64,000 bases of DNA from Spizellomyces punctatus DAOM BR117 (taxonomy: Eukaryota): NCBI GenBank assembly GCA_000182565.2, contig KQ257457.1, one strand, 5' to 3'. Positions 10,576-24,200 of the stretch are shown here, piece after piece. The translations under genes were made by a program, and so were the position numbers. Numbering within the stretch: the stretch's first letter is position 1; each line of letters begins with the position of its first letter. Below the pieces are notes generated by a model. The model saw nothing but the letters and a program-made list of their open reading frames with translations. It did no database searches and had not been told where the DNA came from.

Positions 10576-11350
10576 CACAACAGCTCCGCCCAATGTCACA
10601 ACCCTTCATCCACCATCCCCTCTTCTCCCGACCACACAATACACCTACTGGGCGGCGCCGTATCATCCACGTCGTGGTTCGTCATGTTTTCTGCGCTTGT
10701 TGATATCGGGTTTTTACCGAGAATGAGTTCCAGATGCTGCACCCCACGCAAAGGGTCTATTTCAAAGTTAACCCAGCGCTTTGTCCGCGTTCCCCTCCCG
10801 TTCGTTCAGTTGTTGGCATGGCAATTGCGCGCCACGACACGTGATGAGATCTGCGTTGGAAGGCAAAGTATTATCATGAACTTTCATTAGGTGTCGTACT
10901 TGGAGAGTGCATTAGGGTTTTCTGGCTTTCCAATGTGTTTTCCGAGGGTAAGTATGTCATATTGTAGTGCATCTTGTTGATTGCACTTCTCAAGAAACTC
11001 TGTGGAAGCGAGTTTACAAAAGTTTATTCTCTTTTTTTCAAAAGCATATTCTCGCGAAAGTGTCACTGGTCTGCGGATACATCTGCAATGCAAATGCATC
11101 TGTAGTGCATCTGCAAAGTAGCTACTATCTTGGCAAGCTGAAATGAAAAAGGTTGCTGCTGTGCTGTGGTTGGAAAACCGCAGGTTGGAGGCAAATGATC
11201 GTCTGCTGCCATAAGCCTGGATCAAGTGCATTCGACTGTGGCGAGTCCGCAGCAACTTGAGCGGTGACTCATTTCCAAGACGCACCTCCAACTTTCCGAC
11301 CCTCCGACTCTTATTCATTGTGAAATGATTTTGGGATAGCACTCTGAAAC

Positions 11351-12426
11351 ATGGTATGTTTTTTTTGTGGATTTCTGGTGGAATGGTTATGATCTAGAAT
11401 ATTAATATGGTGTTCCAATAGGCAACAATTAAATTAGGAAGTCTACTTATACGAACATTGGCCAAGCCTCTGGCAAATTCTATCAAAAACCAGGTGTGCA
11501 ATGAGGTTTCTTTATCTTGCAAGTAGAAGGGATCAAAACAGTACATATGGCTCTAAAACATGTCTCTTTTATCGCTCTTTGAAAGGCAAAGGTATATAAC
11601 GCGTTCAGCGAAGATCAGTACTGACCTAGGGGAAAACTGAATGCATACCTCGTCTTTACAAAATGCGGTAGACACATCCGAGATTCAAGGAATTTTGCAT
11701 GGACGTGGCCCAAGTAGGTTTCTCTAAATGGATGCTTTGTATCTCCTTCAGCAACTGAATCTGTGCGGTTTGTCACGTTAGAGAACGCATCAATGGGAGC
11801 AAGGGATCAAGATGCGGTATGTGCAATCGATCAACCTTGTTTATTTTACTTTAACAGAAGTTGTCATGCGCCCCATTTAGCTTTCTCGGCTACAAATCCG
11901 AACCAATCCGACCCCTCAATGATGCCCGAGCAGTCGAACTCGGCGCCAACTTTATGAGTGAAAGCGTCATCTTCTCGGTGGCCGTCTTAACAATACGTTG
12001 GTTGCAATCCTTACGCATCTACGCCTTTTCCAAAGTGCTAATTCTGCATTGATAGTTGGGGAAGCTTACCGATCGAGTCGAAAAACAACTCAGCGTCGGC
12101 TAAACGTCGACGAAGCCCTTGAACAGCTCCAAATCGAAACCCAACAGACTCAAGAAACCATCACCCAAATGCAAGAAAATATACAAAAACTCACTACACA
12201 GGTGGAGATTCTAACTGTTGAGAATCGACGGCTGGAACGGGGGCTCGATCTCGTTGCAAAGGCTCTGAATGTCAGAATTGAAAAGGAGGAGGCTGCGAAG
12301 CAAAGAGGGGGCTGGTGGAATGGGTGGTGGAGCAATGGGAATGGAAATGGAAAACCGGATCAGAATGGAACTGTGAATGCAAAGGCGGGTGAGGGCGGGA
12401 GAAGCGTACAATCAACCCAATCATGA
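11351..12426 (+). CDS. OPA3: OPA3-like mitochondrial protein, multi-exon with microexons
   Basis: Spliced: M|ATIKLGSLLIRTLAKPLANSIKNQ|AK|THPRFKEFC...IRPLNDARAVELGANFMSE, then a coiled coil. Confidence 0.9.
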
Positions 12427-13153
12427 CGATTCCCCCTTCACATTACTATCCTTAATCAGAGACCTCTTGTTAGATGGGTTGTTTAGAGACTGATTGCTTT
12501 CCTCTTTTGGAAGTTCTTGCTATATATATCATCAAACGATAGATCCATGACCTCTTTAACTAACTGTGACGTTCGAATGGAGACACGCTTGAGGATTAAA
12601 ACATCCTGATAACATCCAGCTCCCGAGTTATGCTCAGAGTCGACTATTGCACATTTAGCGAATGCAAATGTGGAGAGTTCAGTACATTTTCAGTTGTCCA
12701 TTTGTCCATTGGCAGTCACCTTTTACAGTGGACTAAATTTGATTTATAGTTGTTAGGCAGATCCATAAAGGCTTGTGAATGTTGATGTCCATTTGTGCAT
12801 AGTTGCACCCAGGGGTGCCGACAATCACGTGTTTTCCAGGCAAGGGCATCTGTGCAGACGAGGGAGAAACTTACGAAGAAAACTGTCAAAAGTGCTATAC
12901 ACGTCAACTCGGCTCTCCTGGCGCACAAACCATTTCGTGTTGCTGACCAGCACAACATTATATTTGCTTTCAACATCTTTACAAAAAACTATCAACATAT
13001 GGATATGACAACACCAAACATGAGTATTGCTGATTACATAGACAGAAAATCCTCAATGGGAATCGAGGTAGGAGATCTACATGATAACGATAGTGTCAAA
13101 AACTGTTTACAAGCATTGCTTGCATCATAGAATGTTATACGTGGGAAAGGGCT

Positions 13154-14298
13154 CTAAATGAAAAAGGCGGCGATACTGGCGGCAGCAGCACCCAGTACGC
13201 TCAGAATGGAGGCGACGGGTGCTGCTGCACCGCTAATGGCGCCCGATCCCGTCTTTGAACCGTTCGAGTTACTTCCGCTGGAGCCCTTCTGACCCGTGCC
13301 AGTTCCGGTTCCTGTTCCGGTTCCAGTGCCTTTACCGTCTGGTGAAGCAGGCTTGGGAGCGTCCTTGACGGCTGTCTGCGAGCGAGCAAGAGCACTAGCA
13401 GGCCAGTATTTCACAGGCTGGTTCTTGTCATCGTAGCACTCAACGGTAACGGATTCAATCTGCGAGACAGCTTCATTGGTCTTTGTCCAGTCGACTTTAC
13501 CGCCGGCCCATTCGCTGTCGGATTGCCAGATGGAGAATTGGAACATGGAGGGTGTGGTAGGGAACCATTGCTCGCCTGGGGGAACGGCCTTTGACTTTGC
13601 GGTCTCTCCGGCAGGAGTTGCAGTGCGGACTGGGACACCGTCGATGGCGAAACTGTGCAAAACGCGCGTTAATATTCAGACATTAAATCTCAAATCTTTT
13701 AATTGCAAATTACATACGTGATGCCTGTGGATTTCCAGTCGATCGTGTATTCGTGGAACTTTGTAATGTCTGTCACGTTGTGGACGCCCCCGTGGACTTG
13801 GAACTCAACAATAGCCTTGTAAAAGACGTTGGACTGAATGCTGTTGGCATCACCGCCGACCGCTTCCCAATCAATCTCATCACCGCGCTCTGACATGGAG
13901 ATGAAGGTTGTCACGACACCGGGAACGGCAGCGGCCGTCATTTTGGCCGTCACCTTTCCGTATTTGATCCATTGAGCAAGAGATCCCTTTGTAATGTCGG
14001 CGGGAGCGCTAATGTTTGCTGGTTTGGTGAGGGCCAAGGTTGCAACATTGTTGGCTATGCGAAAGTTCTTTTGTCCACCGTTCTGGATGACAAAGTCGTA
14101 TTTCGAGTAGTCAAAGTTGTCTGGTACTCCGACATGAGGTGTGGCATCAAAGACGCGGTCCTTGTTGGCAAACGTGTATGTTCCCGAGAGACAGTATCCG
14201 TCGTTCTTGTCGGGGTTTCCGGTGGGCAAAGTGACGGCGGAAACCGACGTGGCAGCAGCGAGAAGCGAAACGGCAATGGCTGATTTTCGACCCATTTC
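13154..14298 (-). CDS. GPI-anchored GH16 (Crh-like) cell-wall transglycosylase, 2 exons
   Basis: Signal peptide; GVVTTF..GDEIDWE catalytic motif; FHEYTIDW; PTTPSMFQFSIW; G/T/S-rich linker and hydrophobic C-terminus; TATAAAA at ~14442-14448 on the minus strand. Confidence 0.88.
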
Positions 14299-14813
14299 TG
14301 TATAATCTAAATGTCTCTCTGCAAAGTCTAAAAACAAACGTCTAAAAAACCAAGTCTATGAAGATAATCGACGACGACGACGACGACAAACGACGATGGG
14401 CAATGCTCTAAATCCTAAAAGCTGAAATCCCAACCCATCCTTTTTATACCCTCCCCCCAATTCACCTGCGTGGGAAAAAAGCGGCCGCGGTGTAGCGCAT
14501 TGGAAAATGTCGACGAGTGGCGATGCAGTGGGACAAGATGACTGTGCCGCTGCAATAAACCCATAAAAGGAGAGGATTGCTTGCGATGAGAATATTTTTT
14601 TCGTGCCGCCCATAAAGAATTTGCAAGTAAATTTTAAATGTTGGCCGCTTTTTGTGGTCCCCGATCGTCTCATGTGGTAAGCACTGCCAAGCCACATACA
14701 CGTGCTAGTTGTTGCCATGACATTGTCATTTAACTGTATTTGGGTATTATGACTCATGCCCGTCTTGAGCAACTCTTTCCAACGGTTCGTCGTGTTGGTT
14801 TCGTTTGTCGTTG

Positions 14814-16085
14814 ATGATGCTTCCTGCCATTGTTCGTCCCATGTTCTCGCGGCCCCTTGCAAAGGGTATCCGTCCAACTCGCGCATTCTCCTCCACGTCG
14901 GTTGCATTCAGTTCGTATCTGTTTGTTTACTTTTGCAACAATTCACTGTAAAAACTCATCGTCACTCTTTGTTGTAGGTCAAACCAACTATGAATTCATC
15001 CTGACAGAGACAAAGGGCCGTGTTGGAATTGTCACTCTCAACCGCCGAAAGGCCTTGAACGCTCTCTCCACGCCGCTCATGACCGAATTGAACGCGGCTT
15101 TGAAAGTCTTTGACAAGGACGAAAACATTGGTGCCATGGTCATCACGGGCAGTGAAAAGGCATTTGCTGGTGCGCGTCTGGGTGCCCTTGGTTAGGGTAC
15201 GGCTTCTTCAACTCATATTCTCTGTGTTTTAGCGGGTGCGGATATCAAGGAAATGAGCAAATTGAACTTTGTGGACAACTTTAAAAACAACTTTATTGAA
15301 GACTGGACTGGTGTCACAAAGATCCGCAAGCCCATTATTGCGGCTGTCAATGGATTTGCTGTAGGGTTTCCGCTATGATTGAACCTGCAACTCATACGAG
15401 CTCATGCTGACCGCCTTTTTTTGATTTTCAGTTGGGTGGTGGATGCGAGCTGGCCATGATGGTATGGTGTTGTCAAGCCTTGTTTCCTGTTTGGCACAAT
15501 TCACTCAATGGCCTTTCAATTAGTGCGACATTATCTACGCTGGCGAAGGAGCGACATTTGGCCAACCTGAAATCAAGCTCGGTATTATTCCCGGTGCCGG
15601 TGGTACACAGCGTCTCACCCAAGCCGTTGGCAAAGCCAAGGCCATGCACCTTAATTTGACCGGCGATTTCATTTCGGCTGCCGAGGCCGAGAAGGCTGGA
15701 TTGGTAGCAAAGATATACCCTGCTGATCAACTTGTCGCGGAGGCCATCAAGAATGCTGAAAAGATTGCCTCGTACTCTCTTCCGAGTGTATTGATGGCCA
15801 AGGAACTTGTGAACAAGTGTAAGTGAACCTCATCGAGTACGTTCCTGTAGAATGTGTGCTAATGCGTTTGTGACATGTAGCATTCGAGCTCCCATTGTCG
15901 GAAGGTTTGCATCTCGAACGGAGATTGTTCCACAGCTTGTTTGCAACGGTAACGTACACTTGTCAACATTCATTTTCTGACACCATGTAGCGACTCACAC
16001 ACCTTTGATGAAATTTTAGGAGGACCAAAAGGAGGGTATGAACGCTTTTGCCGAAAAGCGTGCCCCCAATTTCAAGCACAAATAA
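14814..16085 (+). CDS. ECHS1: Mitochondrial short-chain enoyl-CoA hydratase, multi-exon
   Basis: Arg-rich presequence; [57 protein letters not shown]. Confidence 0.93.
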
Positions 16086-16148
16086 ATACCAACCAGTCTA
16101 TGGGCATACTTTGCTCTTTTCACTATAATAAACAAGAGTATTTTCATC

Positions 16149-17465
16149 TCACTTTAAACTTGATGGATTCAGGATTGCACTCCTTTGCTTCACAATATCA
16201 AAATCCTGACAGCGCACCGGTTTTTCATAAAACCTCAACCGATTCCAATCCTCTAAATTGAGCTCCAGAGACCCCATCGTCAACCTAGGGGCATCCGGAC
16301 CGTTTGCAAACGGATCGTCCGAAATATGGGGATATGGTATGGATATAGTATCCATTTCCAAATTCTTTGGTTTGAATTCCTCTGCATTCATTTTGGTGTC
16401 CCGTGCATCCAGCCACGCCTGGCTCACACTTTTTTTGGCCCGCGGTATCCCTTTTGAAGCAGGTTCAGGACCAGACGTGGTGCTCATGATGGGTTCACTG
16501 GCGGCCTGTTCCATCCTTGCAATTTGATCTGATTGGGTCCGAGATTTGCTGTGTTGGTGAACCCAATGGGTATTGATTGGTGTAAGGTTGTTGTATTGTG
16601 TTGTATTACGGTCAATGTTCAGTGACTAAACAGGTGCCGGTATTAGCTTTACGCTCAACATCTCTTCAACCCAAACCATCTTACCTGAGCAGTTACCCGA
16701 GTTTGCACCCTTCTCACGGCTTCCCTATCCTTGATCATCAACTCAGCCACAGCTTGTACAGGATCAAATCTATCTTGTTTAACTTTATCGATTCTATTTT
16801 GAATGAATTTTGAAGAATTTGCAGTCGGTCTATCCAAATTCGTCGGCACAATGTTTGGTTGCGTGATTGGTATTTGACGATCCTCCGTCTTGCGCCTAAG
16901 GTGGTAGTCTTTCGGACGCATGAGCTTTGGATTGGATGGCGGGAGAGCAAGTTTAAGACGGAGATGAGGGTCTACGATTAGGCTGGGATCCAGTGGAGGA
17001 GTCCGGGCTGGTTTAATGGATTTCGTTTCTTCATCTGGATGGGGAACAGGAATGGGCGGCTTTTGAGGGGTGATATCTTCCTCATTTACGATGGGATCTT
17101 CTTCCTCCTCTTTGTGGGAAAACCCACGGGAAGGCTGCCGACTATCTTCATAATGGTCAGTTCTCGGTTACGAGTGTCTTGTTGGTCCACAGGTGATGTT
17201 ACCTCACATACTCCTTGTAACCTTCCTCCACCAGCGTACTACTTTCTAGAACGTGTGGATACGCCACCGGTTGGGGTGGGTCCTTGTTCACGGCGTGTTC
17301 CTCCTCCAGATCATTTCGACTGTGCGGTTTGGTAGCAAGAGAAGTCTTCGAATGTGCAGGGATGGAGACAGGGATGCCACTCGTTGCATGGCGGGTCTGA
17401 ACAGATTTTCGCTTGAGGGTTTTTGGATGTGTTGAAGTATTTGTGGGGATGAACGTTAAAGTCAT
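16149..17465 (-). CDS. Hypothetical protein, multi-exon (boundaries approximate)
   Basis: Chain of same-strand ORFs (17199-17549, 16655-16921, 16149-16514) separated by intron-like segments; no family recognised. Confidence 0.5.
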
Positions 17466-17617
17466 TGTAATCGTCCTTTCTGGTGATTTGGAGAAGGAAA
17501 GCAACCAAACGCCAGGTGAAAAGCGCGTTGGGATATCCCAATCTGCCAAGCCACATCATCATGGAGGTTTGGATTAGATGACAGAAACCTTTAGACTTTA
17601 GATCCCTCGCCCACAGA

Positions 17618-18286
17618 ATGCCTCCATTAAAACCCCTCCTCCGTCTTAACCGCCCACGGGTCGCCTTTCCCAATGCACACCTCCCTCACCGAACATTCCT
17701 CACTGCACCTCCCTCAACCCACCACGAAAAACATCATCTCGGTTATACTCCCAAACAGCTCTACGCACTTGTATCCAACATCAACTCCTACCATCTCTTT
17801 GTACCGTGGTGTGCACACTCGCAAGTCCTTTCACACAAGAAACTCAATGGAAAAGATGTTTTGAAAGCAGAGTTGGGCGTTGGGTTTAGGGCTTTTAGTG
17901 AAAACTATGTCAGTGAGGTTACGTGTGTTCCATATGAGCGGGTCCAGGTTAGTTTGTCCCTCCCGCATCTCCCTCAAAGGAAATTAGAAATACTAAAGCG
18001 AAATGCGACAATGGTTTAGGCTGTAGCCTCAAACTCGACCCTCTTCCGTACGCTTATTACAACCTGGAAATTCGCACCAGGGACACCAACCAACACAACC
18101 CCAGATTCCCCAACGACCCTTGTAGATTTTTCTATTGCCTTTCAATTTAAAAGCCCGCTGTATGCCCATCTATCGAACCTATTTTTTGAAGAGGTTAGTA
18201 AAGTCATGGTGGGGGCTTTTGAGGAGCGAGCGAGAAAGGTTTATGGGCCTCCGGCGATAGTTCGACGGGTGGGAGACAGGCGGTAG
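17618..18286 (+). CDS. COQ10: Coenzyme Q-binding START-domain protein, 2 exons
   Basis: GYTPKQLYALVSNINSYHLFVPWC, AELGVGF, LFRTLITTWKF, FEEVSKVMVGAFEERARKVYG. Confidence 0.9.
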
Positions 18287-18488
18287 ATGAGTGGTTCGCC
18301 GCACTTGGCAATATAGAGAACATAGGATTAGATCGTAGTGATTAATCTACATTTGATATTCATTAGCGTTAATTTACTGACTGTCCCGGAATCTTACTGA
18401 AAAATAAACAAATTGTAAGAGTTCACACACTCTGTATAAATGTCACCTCTATAAAAAAAAACGTACAAACGCGTATCTACATTCCATC

Positions 18489-21027
18489 CTACAACTTTTG
18501 CAGCCCTTCAATAACCTCCGCCAATTTTTTCTTGTAGTCTAAAAGTTTGTCCACGACCACTTTCACTACCTCAGCGTCCGCCTTCTCTGTCTTTAGTTTC
18601 CTCACTTCATCACCCGCAAGCTTTATCTGCTCCTCCAACTCCACAATCTCCGGTGTCTTGACTACCCCCGCTGGCGCCTCGCTAAGCCCTGCCGCAGCAG
18701 CCTTGGCTTTCGCTGCCTTTCTTTTCGACGTCTTTGAAACACCGGCGTCGCTATCTGCCTGGTTGCCCCCGTACTTTCTGCGCCATTCATCTGCCTTTTC
18801 GGGTTTGATGATCGAAAAGAGATACTCTGCCTCTCCAATGACATGTCCTGCTTCAATGTCTTTCCCTGACCATGTATCCGTAATTTTGCGTGTGGGGAGC
18901 CGAAGTTGTTTGAAGATGCTTTCAGAGGTTGTGGGCATGTAGGGGTAAATGAGTGCTGCGATGAGATAGGCCAGGTTGGCCGCGACGCTAATGACCGTGT
19001 CGCATCGTTCACGTGCGTTGGCGAAAAGCTTGTTGTCGATGCGATTGTCTTGAAGGTAGAGGTTTCCGCGTGCAGAGATATCCATAGCCAGTTTGAGACC
19101 TAGCCGGAGCTTCACGCCTTCGAGAGCTTCGTTGTACTGTTTCAACAGCCCGTTGACGTCATCGATCAGTTTTGCTTCTACTTCGTCCGTGACAGAATAA
19201 GATGGAATCGTCCGTTCGTACTTTGCGTTCAAAAACTTCACAACTCGATTGACAAAGTTGCCAAGGTTGGCCAACAGCTCGTTGTTATTGCAAGCAACAA
19301 ATCCGCTCCAGGTGAATTGCGAGTCTCCGGTTTCAGGTCGGTTGGAAAGAAGGTAGTACCGCCATACAGCAACTGAGACGCCGACTTCCACTACATGATT
19401 GCCAAAAACGCCAATGCCCCGAGATTTTGAGAATTTGCCGCCTTCATATTGCAGATATTCTAACATGATCTAGGTATCAGTATCCGACGTTTTTAAGCCA
19501 TGCGATGGACATTCTACCAACATACCTGTCGTGTTAATGTGATGCAAAAGAGTCCAATCCTCCCCGGTACCCAATAGCGTTGACGGAAACACTACGGTAT
19601 GGAACGGTACATTATCCTTGCCCATGAACTGGAAAAGCTCAACGTGCTCAGGATTCTTCCACCATTTCTCCCAGTCGTCTGTGTAATTAGCCGTAATGGA
19701 TGGGTATCTACGAATCATGTGTCAAATTCCTATCATGAACGAAACTTTGATTGATATGCCAAGCATACCCGATGCAAGCGTCAAACCACACGTAAAACAC
19801 CTTCTCTCTGAACCCATCCTTGGGAACCGGAACTCCCCACTTGAGGTCACGGGTAATACAGCGTTCTTTTAGCCCTTCCTTAAGCCACGCCTTTGTGATG
19901 TTGATTGTGTTTTGCGACCACAGTCCTAAAGGCGAGTATCGATATAAAGCAGTTTCAGGGTTCTTGCAATGCACAATCTACGTACCATGCACGCTAGACT
20001 TCTCTACCCACTTTTCAAGTTCAGCTTGCGACTTGCCCAAATCCAAGAAGATATGTGCCGTTTCTCTCGGTACAGGCGTCGTTTTGTCAAGTTTGCAGTG
20101 CGGGTTGATCAATTCGGTCGGATCCAGAAGCTTTCCACACTCGTCGCATTGATCACCGCGGGCATCCTATGTACATGTAAGCGCACATGTAAACGCAAGT
20201 TCGAGAAGAATCTCGAAAACAGTCAATCTGACGAACCTTGTATTTGCAGTTTGGGCAAGTTCCTTCAACAAACCGATCTGCCAGGAATCTGTACAGTAAA
20301 CCAGTTCAGAATCATATCCACCAATTTTTGCAATACTTTTAACCTACGAATTGTGATGATTGCAGTACAACTGCGTCATGGTTCTCTCCACCGTTAGGCC
20401 CTTTACGTCAATAGCATTGAAAATCTTTTGTGTGATCCTGAACAGGAGAAATCAGTCCATGTAATTCTTTGGCATAATTCAAGGAGAGCGGTATTTACTG
20501 TGTATGCTTTTCGGTAGGCGTCCGTCCAAAGTAGTCAAAGTCACACGAGAACCACTCGTAGGTCTTTTTATGTATTGTGTGATATTTATCGCAGAGCTCT
20601 TGGCAGGACACACCCTCCTCCAAAGCCTTTGTCTCTGTCGCTGTTCCGTACTCGTCCGTTCCGCAAATGTAGAGTGTGTTATAACCCCGCAGTCGACAGT
20701 ATCTGGCATGACAAATGAGCAATGGTAATGAAAGTGAGCAAGCATTATAAAGCCCTACCGTGCAAACACATCGGCACTGAGAACGCAGCCGATAATGTTG
20801 CCCAAGTGGGGCACGTTATTCACATAAGGTAGCGCGCTGGTGATGAGGACATTGCGCTGGTCGGGTTTGGGCAACCTGGAAGATACTAAGTATGAATAAA
20901 ATGAAACCACATATAATCTCTTGCACAGAGCAACTTACACGAGACTTTCATGGTGCTTGAGTTCAATGGTAACGTCGTTGTTCACCCTTGGCAGCGGCCC
21001 GCCATCCTTCACCCCGTCAGTACTCAT
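18489..21027 (-). CDS. MES1: Cytosolic methionyl-tRNA synthetase with C-terminal WHEP-like domain, multi-exon
   Basis: [38 protein letters not shown] zinc knuckle, [23 protein letters not shown]. Confidence 0.95.
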
Positions 21028-21091
21028 GATCGTTGGCCAAAAACTGAGGAATCTCAAACAACAAACAAGTGCCCAAAAGTCAAAACCTCAG

Positions 21092-21124
21092 TCACGTGAT
21101 CAGTATGAGTCACATCTTGAGTCA
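21092..21124. promoter_or_regulatory. Bidirectional MES1/TRP5 promoter: E-box TCACGTGA plus two TGAGTCA (Gcn4/CpcA-type) sites
   Basis: TCACGTGA 21092-21099; TGAGTCA 21106-21112 and 21118-21124, inside a 251-bp divergent intergenic region. Confidence 0.65.
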
Positions 21125-21278
21125 AGGGAATCATCGCTGATCCTTTTGGAAACGTTCAACCTTTTTCGGTGGGGACATTTTCTGTTTGTTTTCCGCAAGA
21201 TTGGGCACTTTTTATTACTTTGAGCAGTGAAACGAGAAGCGGGGTTATTGCATTTAAGGATTTCCAACGAGTAACAAA

Positions 21279-24200
21279 ATGTCAAAATATTTGAGAAGCA
21301 CGTTCATTGAGGCGAACAAAGAAGGTAAACAATGATCATTTGTGCCTTGTGTTCTGCCGATGTGGACCGAGAAAGGGGGCATTTTGTGCATACATGCTGG
21401 CTGCGCCGACAATTAGCATTCTGCCCGGATTTCGCTCGGTGAGTCTGGGTAAAGTCAGAGATCTGACTAGCATTCGCTTCACTCCCGTTCTAGGTCGTCC
21501 CGCATTTGTCGCCTATGTCACTGCAGGCTACCCAGAGGTGACGGATACGGTCGACGTCCTCTTGGGTCTGCAAGAAGGTGGTGCGGACATTATCGAACTA
21601 GGTATGGCCTACATGTGGTCAATAGGTTCCTGGTCAACCGCTTATTCGTTTCAATAGGCGTACCATTCTCCGATCCCATGGCCGATGGACCAACAATCCA
21701 AGAGTCGAGTTTCGTAAGTTGTGAGATCCTGGGATTCTATTCTGTCCAGTAGACATTGATCCCCATTTTCAATCCCTACCAGGTTGCCCTCAACAACGGT
21801 GTGGATATTCTGCAATGTTTGAAATACGTTGAGCAAGCCCGATCAAGAGGGCTCCGGGTGCCGGTTGTTTTCATGGGATATTACAATCCCTTCTTAATTT
21901 ATGGAGAGAAGAAGCTGATGCAAGACTGCGTTCGTGCTGGAGTGAATGGTTTCATTGTTGTGGATCTACCCCCCGAAGAGGCCGTGCGGTTCCGAGATCT
22001 TTGCACTGAATATGGGTACGGCCTTTTATTGCCTAATTTGTGTACAAAAATGCTCATGTGCGATCCGTACCTACTTAGTTTGAGCTATGTCCCTCTAATT
22101 GCCCCATCAACCACCGACAACCGCATTCAGCTCTTGGCGCGTGTTGCTGACAGTTTCATTTACGTTGTCAGTACGCTGGGGGTCACGGGAGCGCGCGACT
22201 CGGTCAGTGTAGAGCTGCCCAATCTGTTGCAGCGAATCAAAAAGTACACGTCTTTGCCTCTCGCTGTTGGCTTTGGTGTTGCGACACCTGAGCACTTTCG
22301 CGAAGTCGGTGCACAAGCAGAGGGCGTCGTTATAGGGTCAAAGATTATCTCCACACTCAAGCAGTCGGGTTGGTGCATATATATTAGTTGCGTGTTTGGC
22401 CGAATTACAGACTAAAAGGCTGGCGTCGATTACAGAAAAGGGCCACCGTGGACATAGTGTACGGGAGTTTGCCTCCAACATTACCGGACGGACCGTACTG
22501 AGACCAGGTAAAATTTCCAGTTGCTGTCCGAAACCGCTCTGATGACTTCGACTAATGAATGCCGCAATCTTGTAGAAGAACCAAAAGAAGCACCAGAGAA
22601 CGGGGCCGCACCAACTAACGGATTGGAAAAGCCTGCTGTCACGGTATATCATCCTAAATGATCTGTATATAACTTGTACTCTTTTTAACGGGGCGCTCTA
22701 TTGTAGGCTACGCCGCACGCGATTGCAGCTCGATTTGGTGATTTTGGCGGTCAGTACGCCCCTGAGGCACTTGTAGATTGCTTGGATGAGATCGAACAGG
22801 TAATAATTACCGACCGCACATTACGCTGATAAGAACGTGATGCCAACAGGATACCTCTCCTTCTCAGGCCTTCGTTGAAGCGAAAAATGACCCCGCTTTC
22901 TGGGATGAGTTCAGGTCACATTACTCCTACATGGGCCGTCCCTCACCATTACACGTCGCAGAGCGTCTTACGGCTGATGCAGGTGCGTTTATTTCTTGTA
23001 ACATTCGATGGAAAGATCGATTGACACCAATTCTCTGTTTAGGTGGCGCGCGCATCTGGTTGAAGCGAGAGGACTTGAACCACACTGGTTCACACAAAAT
23101 CAACAATGCAATGGGACAAGTCCTACTCGCCAAGCGCTTGGGAAAGAAGCGCATCATTGCCGAGACTGGAGCTGGACAACATGGTGTGGCGACCGCTACG
23201 GTTTGCGCCAAGTTTGGACTGGATTGCACGGTTTATATGGGAGCAGAGGACGTACGAAGACAGGCGTTGAACGTATTCCGTATGAAACTGTTGGGTGCCA
23301 AAGTCGTTGCCGTTGATTCAGGTACATTATGATTTACTGTAAATGTGCACACACAGCTACTCATTCTGTGTCGACTAGGATCACGTACTCTGAAGGACGC
23401 CATCAACGAAGCCTTGCGCGACTGGGTGACAAACGTGAAGACTACACATTACCTGATTGGGTCCGCCATTGGTCCTCACCCCTTCCCGACCATCGTGCGT
23501 GAATTCCAATCTGTTATCGGTCGGGAATCCCGTGCCGAACTGCTGGCTATGCGTTCCAAGCTCCCTGATGCTGTCATTGCTTGTGTTGGAGGTGGATCAA
23601 ACGCCATTGGCATGTTCCACCCTTTTGTTGACGATAAGTCAGTCCGTATTATTGGTGTCGAGGCTGGAGGAGACGGTAAGATTCTCATCTTTGAATTTCT
23701 GTATTCTTTTTCGCCATTGTTAAATCAGTATCACTCAATCGTAGGTGTGGAAACCGGCCGTCATTCAGCCACCCTTGCTGCCGGTAAGCCTGGTGTCCTG
23801 CACGGTACGCGGACATATCTGATCCAGGATGCCAACGGGCAGATTATCGAAACCCACAGCATTAGCGCGGTTAGTATCGTTGCGGATGTGATCATCTTTT
23901 GATGATGGATCGTTAGCTAACAAGGCAGATTCATGCCAATAGGGATTAGATTACCCTGGTGTCGGTCCTGAGCATGCTTGGTTGAAGGACACCAATCGCG
24001 CCGAATACGTCGCTGCCACTGATGCGCAGGCTATGATAGGTTTCAGGAAGCTCTCTCAACTAGAGGGTGAGCAAACAAAAGTTTGTTAACTGACCCGCTA
24101 CCTGGTTGCTGATGCTGGTGGTTTATAGGAATTATACCGGCATTGGAATCGTCTCATGCTATCTATCAGGCAATTGAGGTCGCCAAGAGTCTACCCAAGG

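Noticed and set aside
10887-11342. 151-aa minus-strand ORF between NDUFB7 and OPA3
   Set aside because: No recognisable domain and I could not build a consistent spliced model; a small gene is not excluded.
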